The translations under genes were made by a program, and so were the position numbers. 61,782 nucleotides of DNA from positions 1 through 61,782 of the forward strand of contig CAYONI010000005.1 of the NCBI GenBank assembly GCA_964405295.1, in the 5' to 3' direction. Source of the DNA: an uncultured Methanosarcinales archaeon. GTDB taxonomy: Archaea; Nanobdellota; Nanobdellia; Woesearchaeales; CAYZNE01. Every line of letters begins with the position of its first letter. Within the stretch, counting starts at the first letter, position 1. The notes beneath the pieces were generated by a model, which was given only the letters and a program-made list of their open reading frames with translations, made no database searches and had not been told where the DNA came from. Shown here one piece after another: positions 9,859 to 18,606 of the stretch.

Positions 9859-9896
9859 TGATTAAATTTATATATAAACCAACATTATAATTACAT

Positions 9897-10499
9897 ATGT
9901 TATTTTCAATTGATGCAAATGTTCCAATATCATTTAATGAATCTAAACATTTCGATTTTTTAGAAAAATTTAAACATAACTTTACTATTGATGAAGAAAA
10001 CTTAAAAGAATGTTCAAAAGATGGGCTTTATAGAAAAGTATCAAATATACAAGATATAGATATTAATTTTACTCTACCTGAAGAATTAGTACTATATGTA
10101 GAATGGTTATATAAAGAAAAATTAAAAAAACCAATACATCAGAAGAATAAAAATGATTATAGAGTTATTGCTAATGCAATAGATAAAGAAGCAGATTATA
10201 TATTAACAAACGACAGGATTTTATTTCATACTTTTAATAAAATACGAAATATTGATAAACAAGAAAAGAAACTTATTCCAGATAACTTAAAAATTATTCA
10301 TATTGCTGCTTTTTTAAGATTATTACCAGATATGGGATATGACACTAAACTCGTTGCAAGATTAAACAAGAGCATATATTGTAAAACTGAAATTCCAAAC
10401 AACACAATAAATATACAAAAGATGGGTTGGAAAATAATTCATGTTCAGGAAATATTTAATCCTTATGGGGATAATTTAATAAATTTAGCTAAAGGGTGA
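9897..10499 (+). CDS. PIN-domain protein
   Basis: SIDANV...E...NDYRVIANA...ILTND acidic PIN pattern. Confidence 0.7.
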   Translation: MLFSIDANVPISFNESKHFDFLEKFKHNFTIDEENLKECSKDGLYRKVSNIQDIDINFTLPEELVLYVEWLYKEKLKKPIHQKNKNDYRVIANAIDKEADYILTNDRILFHTFNKIRNIDKQEKKLIPDNLKIIHIAAFLRLLPDMGYDTKLVARLNKSIYCKTEIPNNTINIQKMGWKIIHVQEIFNPYGDNLINLAKG

Positions 10500-10503
10500 T
10501 AAA

Positions 10504-10713
10504 ATGAAATTTTTAAATAAATTATTACTAAAACGAAAAGATAGGGTTTTTTCTTCAGAAAAGGAAATTCAATTAATGAATGAAATAAGAGAAGATTTTA
10601 TTAAGAAACTTGAAGAAAAAGAAAAGAAATCTTTTAAACATTCTACCTTAATTCATTCTCCAGAAATAAATTATAAAAAGAAAATAATAATAGAAAAAAC
10701 ATTGAGTGCATAA
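10504..10713 (+). CDS. Small hypothetical protein
   Basis: 69-aa ORF with GGTGA SD, tightly packed between neighbours. Confidence 0.55.
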   Translation: MKFLNKLLLKRKDRVFSSEKEIQLMNEIREDFIKKLEEKEKKSFKHSTLIHSPEINYKKKIIIEKTLSA

Positions 10714-10714
10714 A

Positions 10715-11026
10715 ATGGTTGACAAAAAAGAAAATAAAAGAATTGCAAGAACTCCTACTTTTACTAAATATTATGTAACTAATGTTATCAATACAGTAAC
10801 TGAGCAAGATATTAGGTTAGAATTTTTTAATGAAAAAGTAAAAAATGATAAAGATGAATTCATTTTCTTATCTGATTTTCTTGTTATTTTTTCTCCAATC
10901 GGAGCAAAAAAGACATTAAAGGAATTAAAAGACGCCATTGATGTTTATGAAAAAAATAATGGGGTAATAGAACTAAAAAAAGAACCTAAATCTAAAGAAG
11001 AAACCTCAGAAGAAGAGCTTTTATAA
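10715..11026 (+). CDS. DUF3467-like protein
   Basis: YVTNV..TVTEQDIRLEF...SPIGAKKTLKELKDAIDVYEKNNGVI pattern. Confidence 0.65.
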   Translation: MVDKKENKRIARTPTFTKYYVTNVINTVTEQDIRLEFFNEKVKNDKDEFIFLSDFLVIFSPIGAKKTLKELKDAIDVYEKNNGVIELKKEPKSKEETSEEELL

Positions 11027-11036
11027 TTTCTTAGAA

Positions 11037-11255
11037 TTATGTTGTGTGTAGTGTTGTTGTATGGTTGTTTTTGTTGATTTTTATTTTTTTTAGCCATTCT
11101 AGTTGTTCGCAGTGTTCTTTTAGGCTTTGAGGGTTGGTGCCTATTTTTCTTTCTAGTTTGGACATTGTTATGCCTGGATTATCTTTGATCATTGCTAGTA
11201 TTTCTTGTTGTAATTTTAGTGCTTTTCTCTTCATACTACGTTTTTGTAGAAACAT
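11037..11255 (-). CDS. Winged helix-turn-helix protein
   Basis: ILAMIKDNPGITMSKLERKIGTNPQSLKEHCEQL. Confidence 0.75.
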   Translation of the reverse strand: MFLQKRSMKRKALKLQQEILAMIKDNPGITMSKLERKIGTNPQSLKEHCEQLEWLKKIKINKNNHTTTLHTT

Positions 11256-11302
11256 TTATATATTATTATGCTACAATATCGTAGTAATATAGGTGATATT
11301 AA

Positions 11303-11632
11303 ATGAAAAAAACAATACTTTACTTAATAATAGGCGTAATTATCATAATCTTAGCAGTGGTCGTATTTGCTATTCTAATGCCTAGTACCACGGTGAAAGA
11401 ATCCACTGAAAGCGAACCACATCGTGTTGATGGTTCTTATGTTGATGAGGCAGTAGGTGTGTCTTGTAATAAGGATTCTGATTGTTCTAGTGGGGAAGTT
11501 TGTATACGTTTTAATGATCCTTCAAAGAATAAGTGTGTAGAACAAGGAACTGGTGGCTCACCTATTTGTGGCGATAAGGTTTGTGAATCTAATGAAATTA
11601 GTACTTGCCCAAGAGATTGCAGTGCAAACTAA
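11303..11632 (+). CDS. Membrane-anchored Cys-rich protein
   Basis: N-terminal TM; CNKDSDC and CGDKVCE...CPRDC repeats typical of DPANN surface proteins. Confidence 0.75.
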   Translation: MKKTILYLIIGVIIIILAVVVFAILMPSTTVKESTESEPHRVDGSYVDEAVGVSCNKDSDCSSGEVCIRFNDPSKNKCVEQGTGGSPICGDKVCESNEISTCPRDCSAN

Positions 11633-11648
11633 AACAAATTAAATAATT

Positions 11649-11882
11649 TTATAGCTGTCCAAACACCCCAAAAAATATTGATTGTGATATGATCCAAGAG
11701 ATAATGCTTATTATTATAGCTATAATGTTCAAAATTAAGACTTTCTTATCTTTCTGTTTATAACTGATAAGAGATCCAACCAAACCCAAGAATATTCCAA
11801 CAATTGGGACTAATAATCCTAATATGATGCCTAAAATAGCACATAATACTCCTTTAAGCCTAGAAACAACCTTCTTTACCAT
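11649..11882 (-). CDS. Small membrane protein
   Basis: Two to three hydrophobic helices, LLVPIVGIFLG. Confidence 0.7.
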   Translation of the reverse strand: MVKKVVSRLKGVLCAILGIILGLLVPIVGIFLGLVGSLISYKQKDKKVLILNIIAIIISIISWIISQSIFFGVFGQL

Positions 11883-11965
11883 ATTTTATTATTAGAATTA
11901 AATATTTATAAAATCTCCTCACAAAAACCGAGTTTTTACACAAAACACCCTATTTACACAAAGCC

Positions 11966-11974
11966 GGTGAGATA
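11966..11974 (+). repeat. Right target-site duplication GGTGAGATA
   Basis: Identical to 3749-3757. Confidence 0.9.
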
Positions 11975-12094
11975 GAAAGAGAATTTCGTTTAATCTATGT
12001 TAAACTCAATTGAGAAAGAGAACTAAAACCAAAAGGGACACAAAATAAAGATTATCAGGAAACTTATTAAATGAATTAGCAATACAAAGTTATT

Positions 12095-12829
12095 ATGAAC
12101 TCCATTCAAAAAATAAAACTAAATATAGAATCACTACTAGGATTAACAAATTCAGAACCAACTTTTTTTTCGTCAATTTCTTATTATGTGAAAAAATTAC
12201 ACGAATCCATGAACAATGAACAAATAGACGTTGATGAATTAAAATTTCTAATTAATAAAATAGAAGAATTTTATAAAAAATATAGACCATCTGACACCCC
12301 AGGAGTTTTTTATATAAGTCCTAAACAGATTTCTAATTCAGATTCTATTGTTAAAGAAATATATCAACTGATAGATGAATTATCAAAAAAGACACCTGAA
12401 GAAATTGAAGAAGAACTAAGTAAAACAAGAAAAAAAGTAGAAATAACTAATTCTTTAAATATTATTGATAGAAGATTATTAGATTCTTGTAAAACTGCTT
12501 TCGATTCTAAAGATTATTGGGATTTTGTGTTTAAGGCAATGAGACATTTAGAAATAAGGATTAGAAAAAAAGCAAATCTTAATCCCGAAGATACAGGAAT
12601 TGGTTTAATTACAAAAGCATTTCATATCATGAATGGAAAACTTAAAATTCCTTCTTGCGAAACCTCTTCAGAAGAGGAAGGTTTCTTTCATATATTAAGA
12701 GGAATTGTAATGTTTCATAGGAATGCAAAAGGTCATAGGGAAGGAAACATTGACAAAAAAAGAGCATTACAAATAGTCCAATACATTGATTATTTAATTG
12801 ATATGGTAGAATCTTCAGTTATAAGATAA
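12095..12829 (+). CDS. TIGR02391 (Ymh/HEPN-like) family protein
   Basis: C-terminal YWDFVFKAMRHLEIRIR...GLITKAF...EEEGFFHILRG...RNAKGH. Confidence 0.8.
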   Translation: MNSIQKIKLNIESLLGLTNSEPTFFSSISYYVKKLHESMNNEQIDVDELKFLINKIEEFYKKYRPSDTPGVFYISPKQISNSDSIVKEIYQLIDELSKKTPEEIEEELSKTRKKVEITNSLNIIDRRLLDSCKTAFDSKDYWDFVFKAMRHLEIRIRKKANLNPEDTGIGLITKAFHIMNGKLKIPSCETSSEEEGFFHILRGIVMFHRNAKGHREGNIDKKRALQIVQYIDYLIDMVESSVIR

Positions 12830-12883
12830 TTTGAATTCGTAATAAGAAAAAAGGGCAGTTTTCCTAATTAAAGAGCATTTTGA

Positions 12884-13630
12884 CTAAAATATCTTTTCCA
12901 CTTTATATTTATTGGAATAATTTATAACATTTCCAGAATAAGTTAAAATTTTTAATAGTATCTTATCGACCAATAATTTAATTAATTCGTAGTCTTTTAG
13001 TGGCTGAGTGTAATCTACAAATCTGACTTCATGAACAATTTTATTTCTATTATCTTTTATCCTTTTTATATCAGAAGAAGAATATTCAAATTCTAAATGC
13101 TTCAAAACAGCATTAATTTTCTTTTTTAATGTTTTAAAAGCTAGTTTTGAACATATGTTTTTAATATGCACCCTATCAATAGAAATTTTTTCTTGTTTTA
13201 GGTATTTATTAATTGTACCAGTCATGTTTATGATAACATCATTATCTTCTTCAACATTTAAATTATTCTTATTTCTTATTACTTCAACACATAATTCTAA
13301 AGCAGAACTAAGTAAGAGATATCTTGATTCTAGTAATTTAGCTAACTCAGCTTGACAAATTATATCTATTACATTATCCAATTTTAATTTTTTCTTATAC
13401 ATTAATTCTTTAGAATTAGATTGATGTTTATCTTTATTATTAAGAAATTCTTGCAAAGACAAAGGACCGATACAATCAACTAGGTCTGCTTCACCAATTA
13501 TTGTTCCTGAACCACTTTTTATTAAACCTATTTTCCCTCTTTTATGTGTTCTTGACCCTCTAATCTCCCAAGTCTTAACACCAGATAAAATTAAATCAGT
13601 ATAAGGTTCTTTTATTATTAAACAATCCAT
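12884..13630 (-). CDS. ASCH-domain / HEPN-domain fusion protein
   Basis: N-term LIIKEPYTDLILSGVKTWEIRG (ASCH GxKxxExR); C-term RNKIVH (HEPN RxxxxH). Confidence 0.7.
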   Translation of the reverse strand: MDCLIIKEPYTDLILSGVKTWEIRGSRTHKRGKIGLIKSGSGTIIGEADLVDCIGPLSLQEFLNNKDKHQSNSKELMYKKKLKLDNVIDIICQAELAKLLESRYLLLSSALELCVEVIRNKNNLNVEEDNDVIINMTGTINKYLKQEKISIDRVHIKNICSKLAFKTLKKKINAVLKHLEFEYSSSDIKRIKDNRNKIVHEVRFVDYTQPLKDYELIKLLVDKILLKILTYSGNVINYSNKYKVEKIF

Positions 13631-13782
13631 TTATAGAATTAGAGGAAATTTATTTAAAAGTTCTTCTAAAACATTCAACCTACCAAAAACAAAACCTCTG
13701 CAAAACTTTGCGTTAGCAAACTTATCTTTTTGCAGCAAAATAGAGAAAGATTAATAAAAACCCTTCACAATAACAAAATAAA

Positions 13783-14193
13783 ATGAAAAAATCATTTTTA
13801 AAAACAACATTTTATTCCTTGATAATCACTTTCATTCTTATAATAATATATTTCCTAATACCCTTTCCTTCAACTATCCAAAGAGCATCTTTTCTATTAC
13901 TTGCAATATTAGGAGTTATATTTCTTGTGCTAGGTGTTATGCTTATATTTATTTCTAGAAAAGAAAAAGGAAAATTAAGATTGTTTTTAATGTCAACTGG
14001 GATTTCAGCAGTAGCTCCTTTAGTTTCTACAATATTACACAACTTATTTTATGCTTTATCTATAACTTTTGAAAACTTTAAGTATTTATTTGAAGCATTA
14101 CACGCAACTTTCTTTATAATTGCAATGATTATCGCCCCAATAGTATTTATTGCTGGAATAATAGGTAGTATAATCCTTTTTAAAAAGAAATAA
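13783..14193 (+). CDS. Membrane protein
   Basis: Four hydrophobic helices, ILHNLFYAL. Confidence 0.8.
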   Translation: MKKSFLKTTFYSLIITFILIIIYFLIPFPSTIQRASFLLLAILGVIFLVLGVMLIFISRKEKGKLRLFLMSTGISAVAPLVSTILHNLFYALSITFENFKYLFEALHATFFIIAMIIAPIVFIAGIIGSIILFKKK

Positions 14194-14259
14194 TTAATCT
14201 AACAAACATTTATAAACATCTGCAACTAATCAAATCATTAATATACGGGGGTTTTACAA

Positions 14260-15003
14260 ATGATATTTTACGTAATATTAGTAATAGTTATACTTTACAT
14301 CTTATCGTCTATTAAAGTTATAACACAATACCAAAAAGGAGTTATATTTACTTTAGGAAAATTCTCAGGGATATATAATCCAGGATTAAAACTTATTTTG
14401 CCAATATTTCAAGTCTGGCACAGAATTGATATGAGACTTAAAGCAGTTGATGTTCCTGATCAGGATGCAATAACTAAGGATAATGTTTCTTTAAAGGTTA
14501 ATGCAGTTCTATACTTTAAAGTTTCAGAAGCAAGTAAAGCTGTTCTAGAAGTAGAGCACTATCAATATGCAGTTTCTCAACTAGCTCAAACTACAATGAG
14601 AGATGTTGTTGGTGAAGTTACACTTGACAACTTGTTAAGTAAGAGGGATATGGTTTCTAAAAGGATTAAAGAAATTGTTGATGCAGCTACAGATCCCTGG
14701 GGAATTAAGGTTGAATCTGTTGAGTTAAAACATGTTGAACTTCCAGAAAACATGAAGAGAGTTCTTGGAAAAGAAGCAGAAGCTGAAAGAGAAAAAAGAG
14801 CTGTTATAATTAAAGCAGAAGGAGAAGTTATTGCATCAGATAACATGGCTAAAGCAGCAACCACATTAGCAAAAGCACCAGGAGCCCTACATCTAAGAAC
14901 ATTGCAAAGTATGAATGATATGTCAAGCGATCAAAGCAATACAATAATATTTGCAGTGCCTCTAGAAATACTAAGAGCTTTTGAAAGACACGGTAAGAAA
15001 TAA
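14260..15003 (+). CDS. SPFH/stomatin (slipin) family protein
   Basis: ITKDNVSLKVNAV, AQTTMRDVVG, WGIKVESVE, AEAEREKRA. Confidence 0.95.
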   Translation: MIFYVILVIVILYILSSIKVITQYQKGVIFTLGKFSGIYNPGLKLILPIFQVWHRIDMRLKAVDVPDQDAITKDNVSLKVNAVLYFKVSEASKAVLEVEHYQYAVSQLAQTTMRDVVGEVTLDNLLSKRDMVSKRIKEIVDAATDPWGIKVESVELKHVELPENMKRVLGKEAEAEREKRAVIIKAEGEVIASDNMAKAATTLAKAPGALHLRTLQSMNDMSSDQSNTIIFAVPLEILRAFERHGKK

Positions 15004-15015
15004 TTCCAGCAAAAC

Positions 15016-15045
15016 GGTGCCAATAAACATAACTTATTAAGCATT
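15016..15045 (+). repeat. Bulged-hairpin repeat copy
   Basis: GGTGCCAATAA-acataac-TTATTAAGCATT right after SPFH stop. Confidence 0.7.
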
Positions 15046-15110
15046 TTTTTCTTTTTCTTTATTAAAATCTAAATAAACTTTATAAAAAAACAAACATAAT
15101 ATAGTCTAAA

Positions 15111-15653
15111 ATGGAAACTCTAACAATAAAAGCAGCATTCAAGTATCCTTTCAACAGAGCGAAAGGCATGTGGAATATATTATGGATACTAATCCCAATA
15201 ATTGGTTGGTTCGCACTGGGTGGATATATAGTTAGAATTATTAAAGGATTTCTTAAAGGAAATTTTAAGAAACTACCAATATTTAGTTTCAGAAGTGATT
15301 TAGAACTTGGTTGTACTATGTTCTTAAAATCTCTACCTTTCTTAATAGCATATACAATTGCTGCTTTGATTTTGAGTGCAATATCTCCTGTACTAAGATA
15401 CATTATGGAGATACTTATAATTCCTATACTAACAATAAATTTCATTAACAAACAAACAATTGAATCTTACTTTGAATTTAAGATAATAAAACACGTCTTC
15501 AATAATTTTGGAGACTATATTGTAATGATACTAAAAGGGATCTTATTGGCATTAATATTCTTAGTTATGTGTGTAATCCTAGTTGGTTTCCCTGCAGGAG
15601 CTTTCACTGAAAGCATATTCATTGCAGACTTTTACAATAGAAGGGTAAAATAA
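15111..15653 (+). CDS. DUF4013-like membrane protein
   Basis: AFKYPF...LIPIIGWFALGGYIVRII...LP. Confidence 0.75.
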   Translation: METLTIKAAFKYPFNRAKGMWNILWILIPIIGWFALGGYIVRIIKGFLKGNFKKLPIFSFRSDLELGCTMFLKSLPFLIAYTIAALILSAISPVLRYIMEILIIPILTINFINKQTIESYFEFKIIKHVFNNFGDYIVMILKGILLALIFLVMCVILVGFPAGAFTESIFIADFYNRRVK

Positions 15654-15680
15654 ATTTATTTATTTATTTCCGGCGAAGCA

Positions 15681-15713
15681 GTACCAATAAATCTTTATTG
15701 ATTTATTGAGTAT
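15681..15713 (+). repeat. Bulged-hairpin repeat copy
   Basis: GTAC-CAATAAATC-tttatt-GATTTATTG-A-GTAT. Confidence 0.75.
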
Positions 15714-15773
15714 TTATTTTCTTTTATAAATCAAGCACGCACATTTAAATACTAAAATGCATTCTTATAGTTC

Positions 15774-16253
15774 ATGTCAATGAACATTGAAATTAGAAGA
15801 TTTCCAACAGACAAATATGAGTATTACAAAGAGATAAGTTCTTTGATTGATATGGCAGAAGACGAAGCTGTAAAAGATGGCTTAACAAAACTAATAGCAG
15901 ATTATAATAGAATCGGGATAATAATAAACAAGGACATAATAATTGCAATTTCTGAAAACAATATACTTCTAGGTTACACCCTTGGCAGATATATGAAAAT
16001 AGAAAAAAGAAATGAAAAAGATAAAGATCAAACTCTTTACCGTGCAACTCAAATTATTGCTTCAGAAGTCCAAGAAAATATTTGCTCAAATTTATTAAAA
16101 ACACAAATAGAATTTGCAAAATCTTTAGAAGCAGATGTTCTAGTGACAGAAATAGCTGATGACTCCAAATTAAAAGAGATTTATGAAAAGCAGGGAGCTA
16201 AATTCTATAATTCAGGGAATTATAAGAAAACCGTTAATATAAATTTAAGATAA
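15774..16253 (+). CDS. GNAT-like protein (degenerate)
   Basis: IAISENNILLGY...SNLLKTQIEFAKSL...IYEKQG pattern. Confidence 0.55.
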   Translation: MSMNIEIRRFPTDKYEYYKEISSLIDMAEDEAVKDGLTKLIADYNRIGIIINKDIIIAISENNILLGYTLGRYMKIEKRNEKDKDQTLYRATQIIASEVQENICSNLLKTQIEFAKSLEADVLVTEIADDSKLKEIYEKQGAKFYNSGNYKKTVNINLR

Positions 16254-16259
16254 TGAAAA

Positions 16260-16877
16260 CTAAATCTTCAACTGATTAACTTCACTAAGCAAATACGCCT
16301 TCATATTGTGTGCAGATCTTCCTTTAATAGTATAATGTGAATTTTCAACTGCCATAAAAGGGGTTATTATACCTTTCTTCTCTGCAGTCTTAAAAGAAGA
16401 CAAAGTTTTAGTTATTCCTGCATTCTTAGCATATAATGCAGCTGCTTCTTGAGACAAAATAAAATCATAATTTCTTGCATGCTGAATTATTTCACCTTCT
16501 TTAACAAGACGATACTCTAAACTATCAAGACGATTAACTTTAACAAATAATCTTTCATTATCTGCTTTCTTAGACTTTGTAGTTTTATTACTAAGTCGCA
16601 TTATAGTTGGTGATCTTGCAATTAAAGATGCCCTAGCGTTTTTAGTAAGTTCAAGATTTTTAATCAACCTATTATTTACACAATCTCCAATATAGAAACT
16701 TTGAACTTCTTCTATTAGAACAAAAGGATTAAAAGAGGATTTATTTGTATATCTAGTAACAAGTAAATAGGTTATATCACCACCTATTTCATCTCTTTCA
16801 GAATTTCTTCTAGTAAACTTAATAGGATCTGGAATTGAAGTAGTTATTCTTTCTTTGAAGTCTGCCATAAAAACCAT
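16260..16877 (-). CDS. Hypothetical protein
   Basis: 205-aa ORF with upstream TATA-like motif. Confidence 0.65.
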   Translation of the reverse strand: MVFMADFKERITTSIPDPIKFTRRNSERDEIGGDITYLLVTRYTNKSSFNPFVLIEEVQSFYIGDCVNNRLIKNLELTKNARASLIARSPTIMRLSNKTTKSKKADNERLFVKVNRLDSLEYRLVKEGEIIQHARNYDFILSQEAAALYAKNAGITKTLSSFKTAEKKGIITPFMAVENSHYTIKGRSAHNMKAYLLSEVNQLKI

Positions 16878-16998
16878 TCGCAGGCTATAATTTATAAAGT
16901 TTTCTGCTATTAATCACTTAATAGTGGTTAAAAAGGCGCAGAAAGGTTTAAATAACTCACCGCTTTTACATAAATTACAAACATTTATGGTGATAAAT

Positions 16999-17787
16999 AT
17001 GGTTTTCAAAAAAGATTTTATCAAATCAAATCAGTATCCTGAAGAAAAAAGCATTGAATTTCTTGAAGAATTTGGAATATTAAAAAAAATATACAAAGAC
17101 AAAACAGAAATGATTGAAAGAATTGAAAGAGGAGAAAACATACTAAAAAATAGCGAACAGTATACATCTGAAGAAAAAGTTTTTATCTTCTCTTTAGCAA
17201 GTTCAATAAATCGAATTACAGATGAGAATATATTTAGCATACCTACATCAGACAGTGGAATGAAAATATTCTTTAAAGAAGTAAACATCGAAGAGATAAT
17301 AGAAAAAACCTTTGATAAGTTCTATGAAATTACTAAAAACCTAGGTCACTACGAAATTAATAACTCCGACAATAAAGAAATTAATACTCTAATAACTCCA
17401 ACAAGATATAATCTTAATAAAGCAGATGAGCTTGAAACATTAGAAGAAAGCCTTAATGAACCTATGGAAATTACAAATCCTCATTACATGGATGATAAAG
17501 AAAAATTAAAATTCATATTGGCTCTAACAAGTGTAAACTATATGCAAGAGCCAACTACGCTACATAACAATAAGCATACACCCATACAAACCATAACCAT
17601 TCAACAAGCATATAATGAGTTAATAAAAGATAAAGATGCAATAAAAGGTTATAAAGACGAGCTAGAAGATGGATTTAAGGCATTGTCTAATTGGTATAAT
17701 TTCGACCTAGATAAAGTAACCATTAAAGAATTCTACAATCCTAATTTTTGGGATGCAATGCTTATGAATGCAGATCAAGGTAAATAA
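16999..17787 (+). CDS. Hypothetical protein
   Basis: Long ORF; GGTGA SD before ATG 16999. Confidence 0.65.
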   Translation: MVFKKDFIKSNQYPEEKSIEFLEEFGILKKIYKDKTEMIERIERGENILKNSEQYTSEEKVFIFSLASSINRITDENIFSIPTSDSGMKIFFKEVNIEEIIEKTFDKFYEITKNLGHYEINNSDNKEINTLITPTRYNLNKADELETLEESLNEPMEITNPHYMDDKEKLKFILALTSVNYMQEPTTLHNNKHTPIQTITIQQAYNELIKDKDAIKGYKDELEDGFKALSNWYNFDLDKVTIKEFYNPNFWDAMLMNADQGK

Positions 17788-17902
17788 TTTTTTTATTTTA
17801 TTTTACCAACATTTCAAGAAAGTTCTTTATGTATGCAACATAACTCTTGGTAGAAGTATGTCCTAATCAGTCTACATCTAACTATAAAAATTATCTAAAA
17901 AA

Positions 17903-18505
17903 CTAATAAAAATCTTTCAGAGTTACAGATTTCTTTGGATTAACAAGAAGTTCTTTTACAGGTTCGAAATCAGCCAAAAGCTCTTTTCTTTTTTCAGGGT
18001 TATTCCCATTATACAATAGAACTGCAGGATGAAACATTGGAACAACTTTTCTATTATTTATATCATAAACCTTACCCTTTAATTGAGTTATTCCTTTAGT
18101 AGTTCCTAATATATATTTTGTTGCAAAGTTGCCCAGTGTGATTATAACATTAGGATTTATTATTTCAATTTGCTTATCCAATCTAATTCTACACTTTTCC
18201 AGTTCCTCTTTGGTTGGATCCCTGTTATTTGGTGGCCTACAGAGTATTGTGTTCGTAATATAAACTTCTTCTCTTGAAATACCTGTTTCTGACAATAAAG
18301 AGTTTAGTATTTGACCAGATTTTCCAACAAAAGGAGTATTTTCTAAATCTTCTTTGTTGCCAGGAGCTTCACCAATTATCATAATCCTAGAAGTAGCTTT
18401 ACCTGCACCAAAAACAATATTATGCCTGTTTTTACAGAGTTCAGGACACTTACAACAATCTTTGTACTCTTCCTTTAGTTTTTCTAATTGTTCTGCTTTA
18501 TTCAT
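17903..18505 (-). CDS. udg: Uracil-DNA glycosylase family 4 (4Fe-4S)
   Basis: CxxCxxL, GEAPG, PFVGKSG, CRPPNNRDP, FHPA. Confidence 0.95.
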   Translation of the reverse strand: MNKAEQLEKLKEEYKDCCKCPELCKNRHNIVFGAGKATSRIMIIGEAPGNKEDLENTPFVGKSGQILNSLLSETGISREEVYITNTILCRPPNNRDPTKEELEKCRIRLDKQIEIINPNVIITLGNFATKYILGTTKGITQLKGKVYDINNRKVVPMFHPAVLLYNGNNPEKRKELLADFEPVKELLVNPKKSVTLKDFY

Positions 18506-18606
18506 ATTATCTAACTCTTTTATAATTGCTAATAAGGAATAGGTATTTTATAAATTTATTCTAAGAAATCTATAATTTTAAAAAAAATAAAAAAATAAAA
18601 AAAGAA

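Larger units (their letters stand above)
3758..11965. mobile_element. IS5-family (IS903-like) cargo-carrying transposon, ~8.2 kb
   Basis: Perfect 12-bp TIRs GGCTTTGTGTAA (3758-3769) / TTACACAAAGCC (11954-11965), 9-bp TSD, single DDE transposase at left end. Confidence 0.9.

Noticed and set aside
3758..11965. Prophage, integrative element or composite transposon
   Set aside because: No integrase, structural or replication genes and no second transposase copy; boundaries are TIR+TSD
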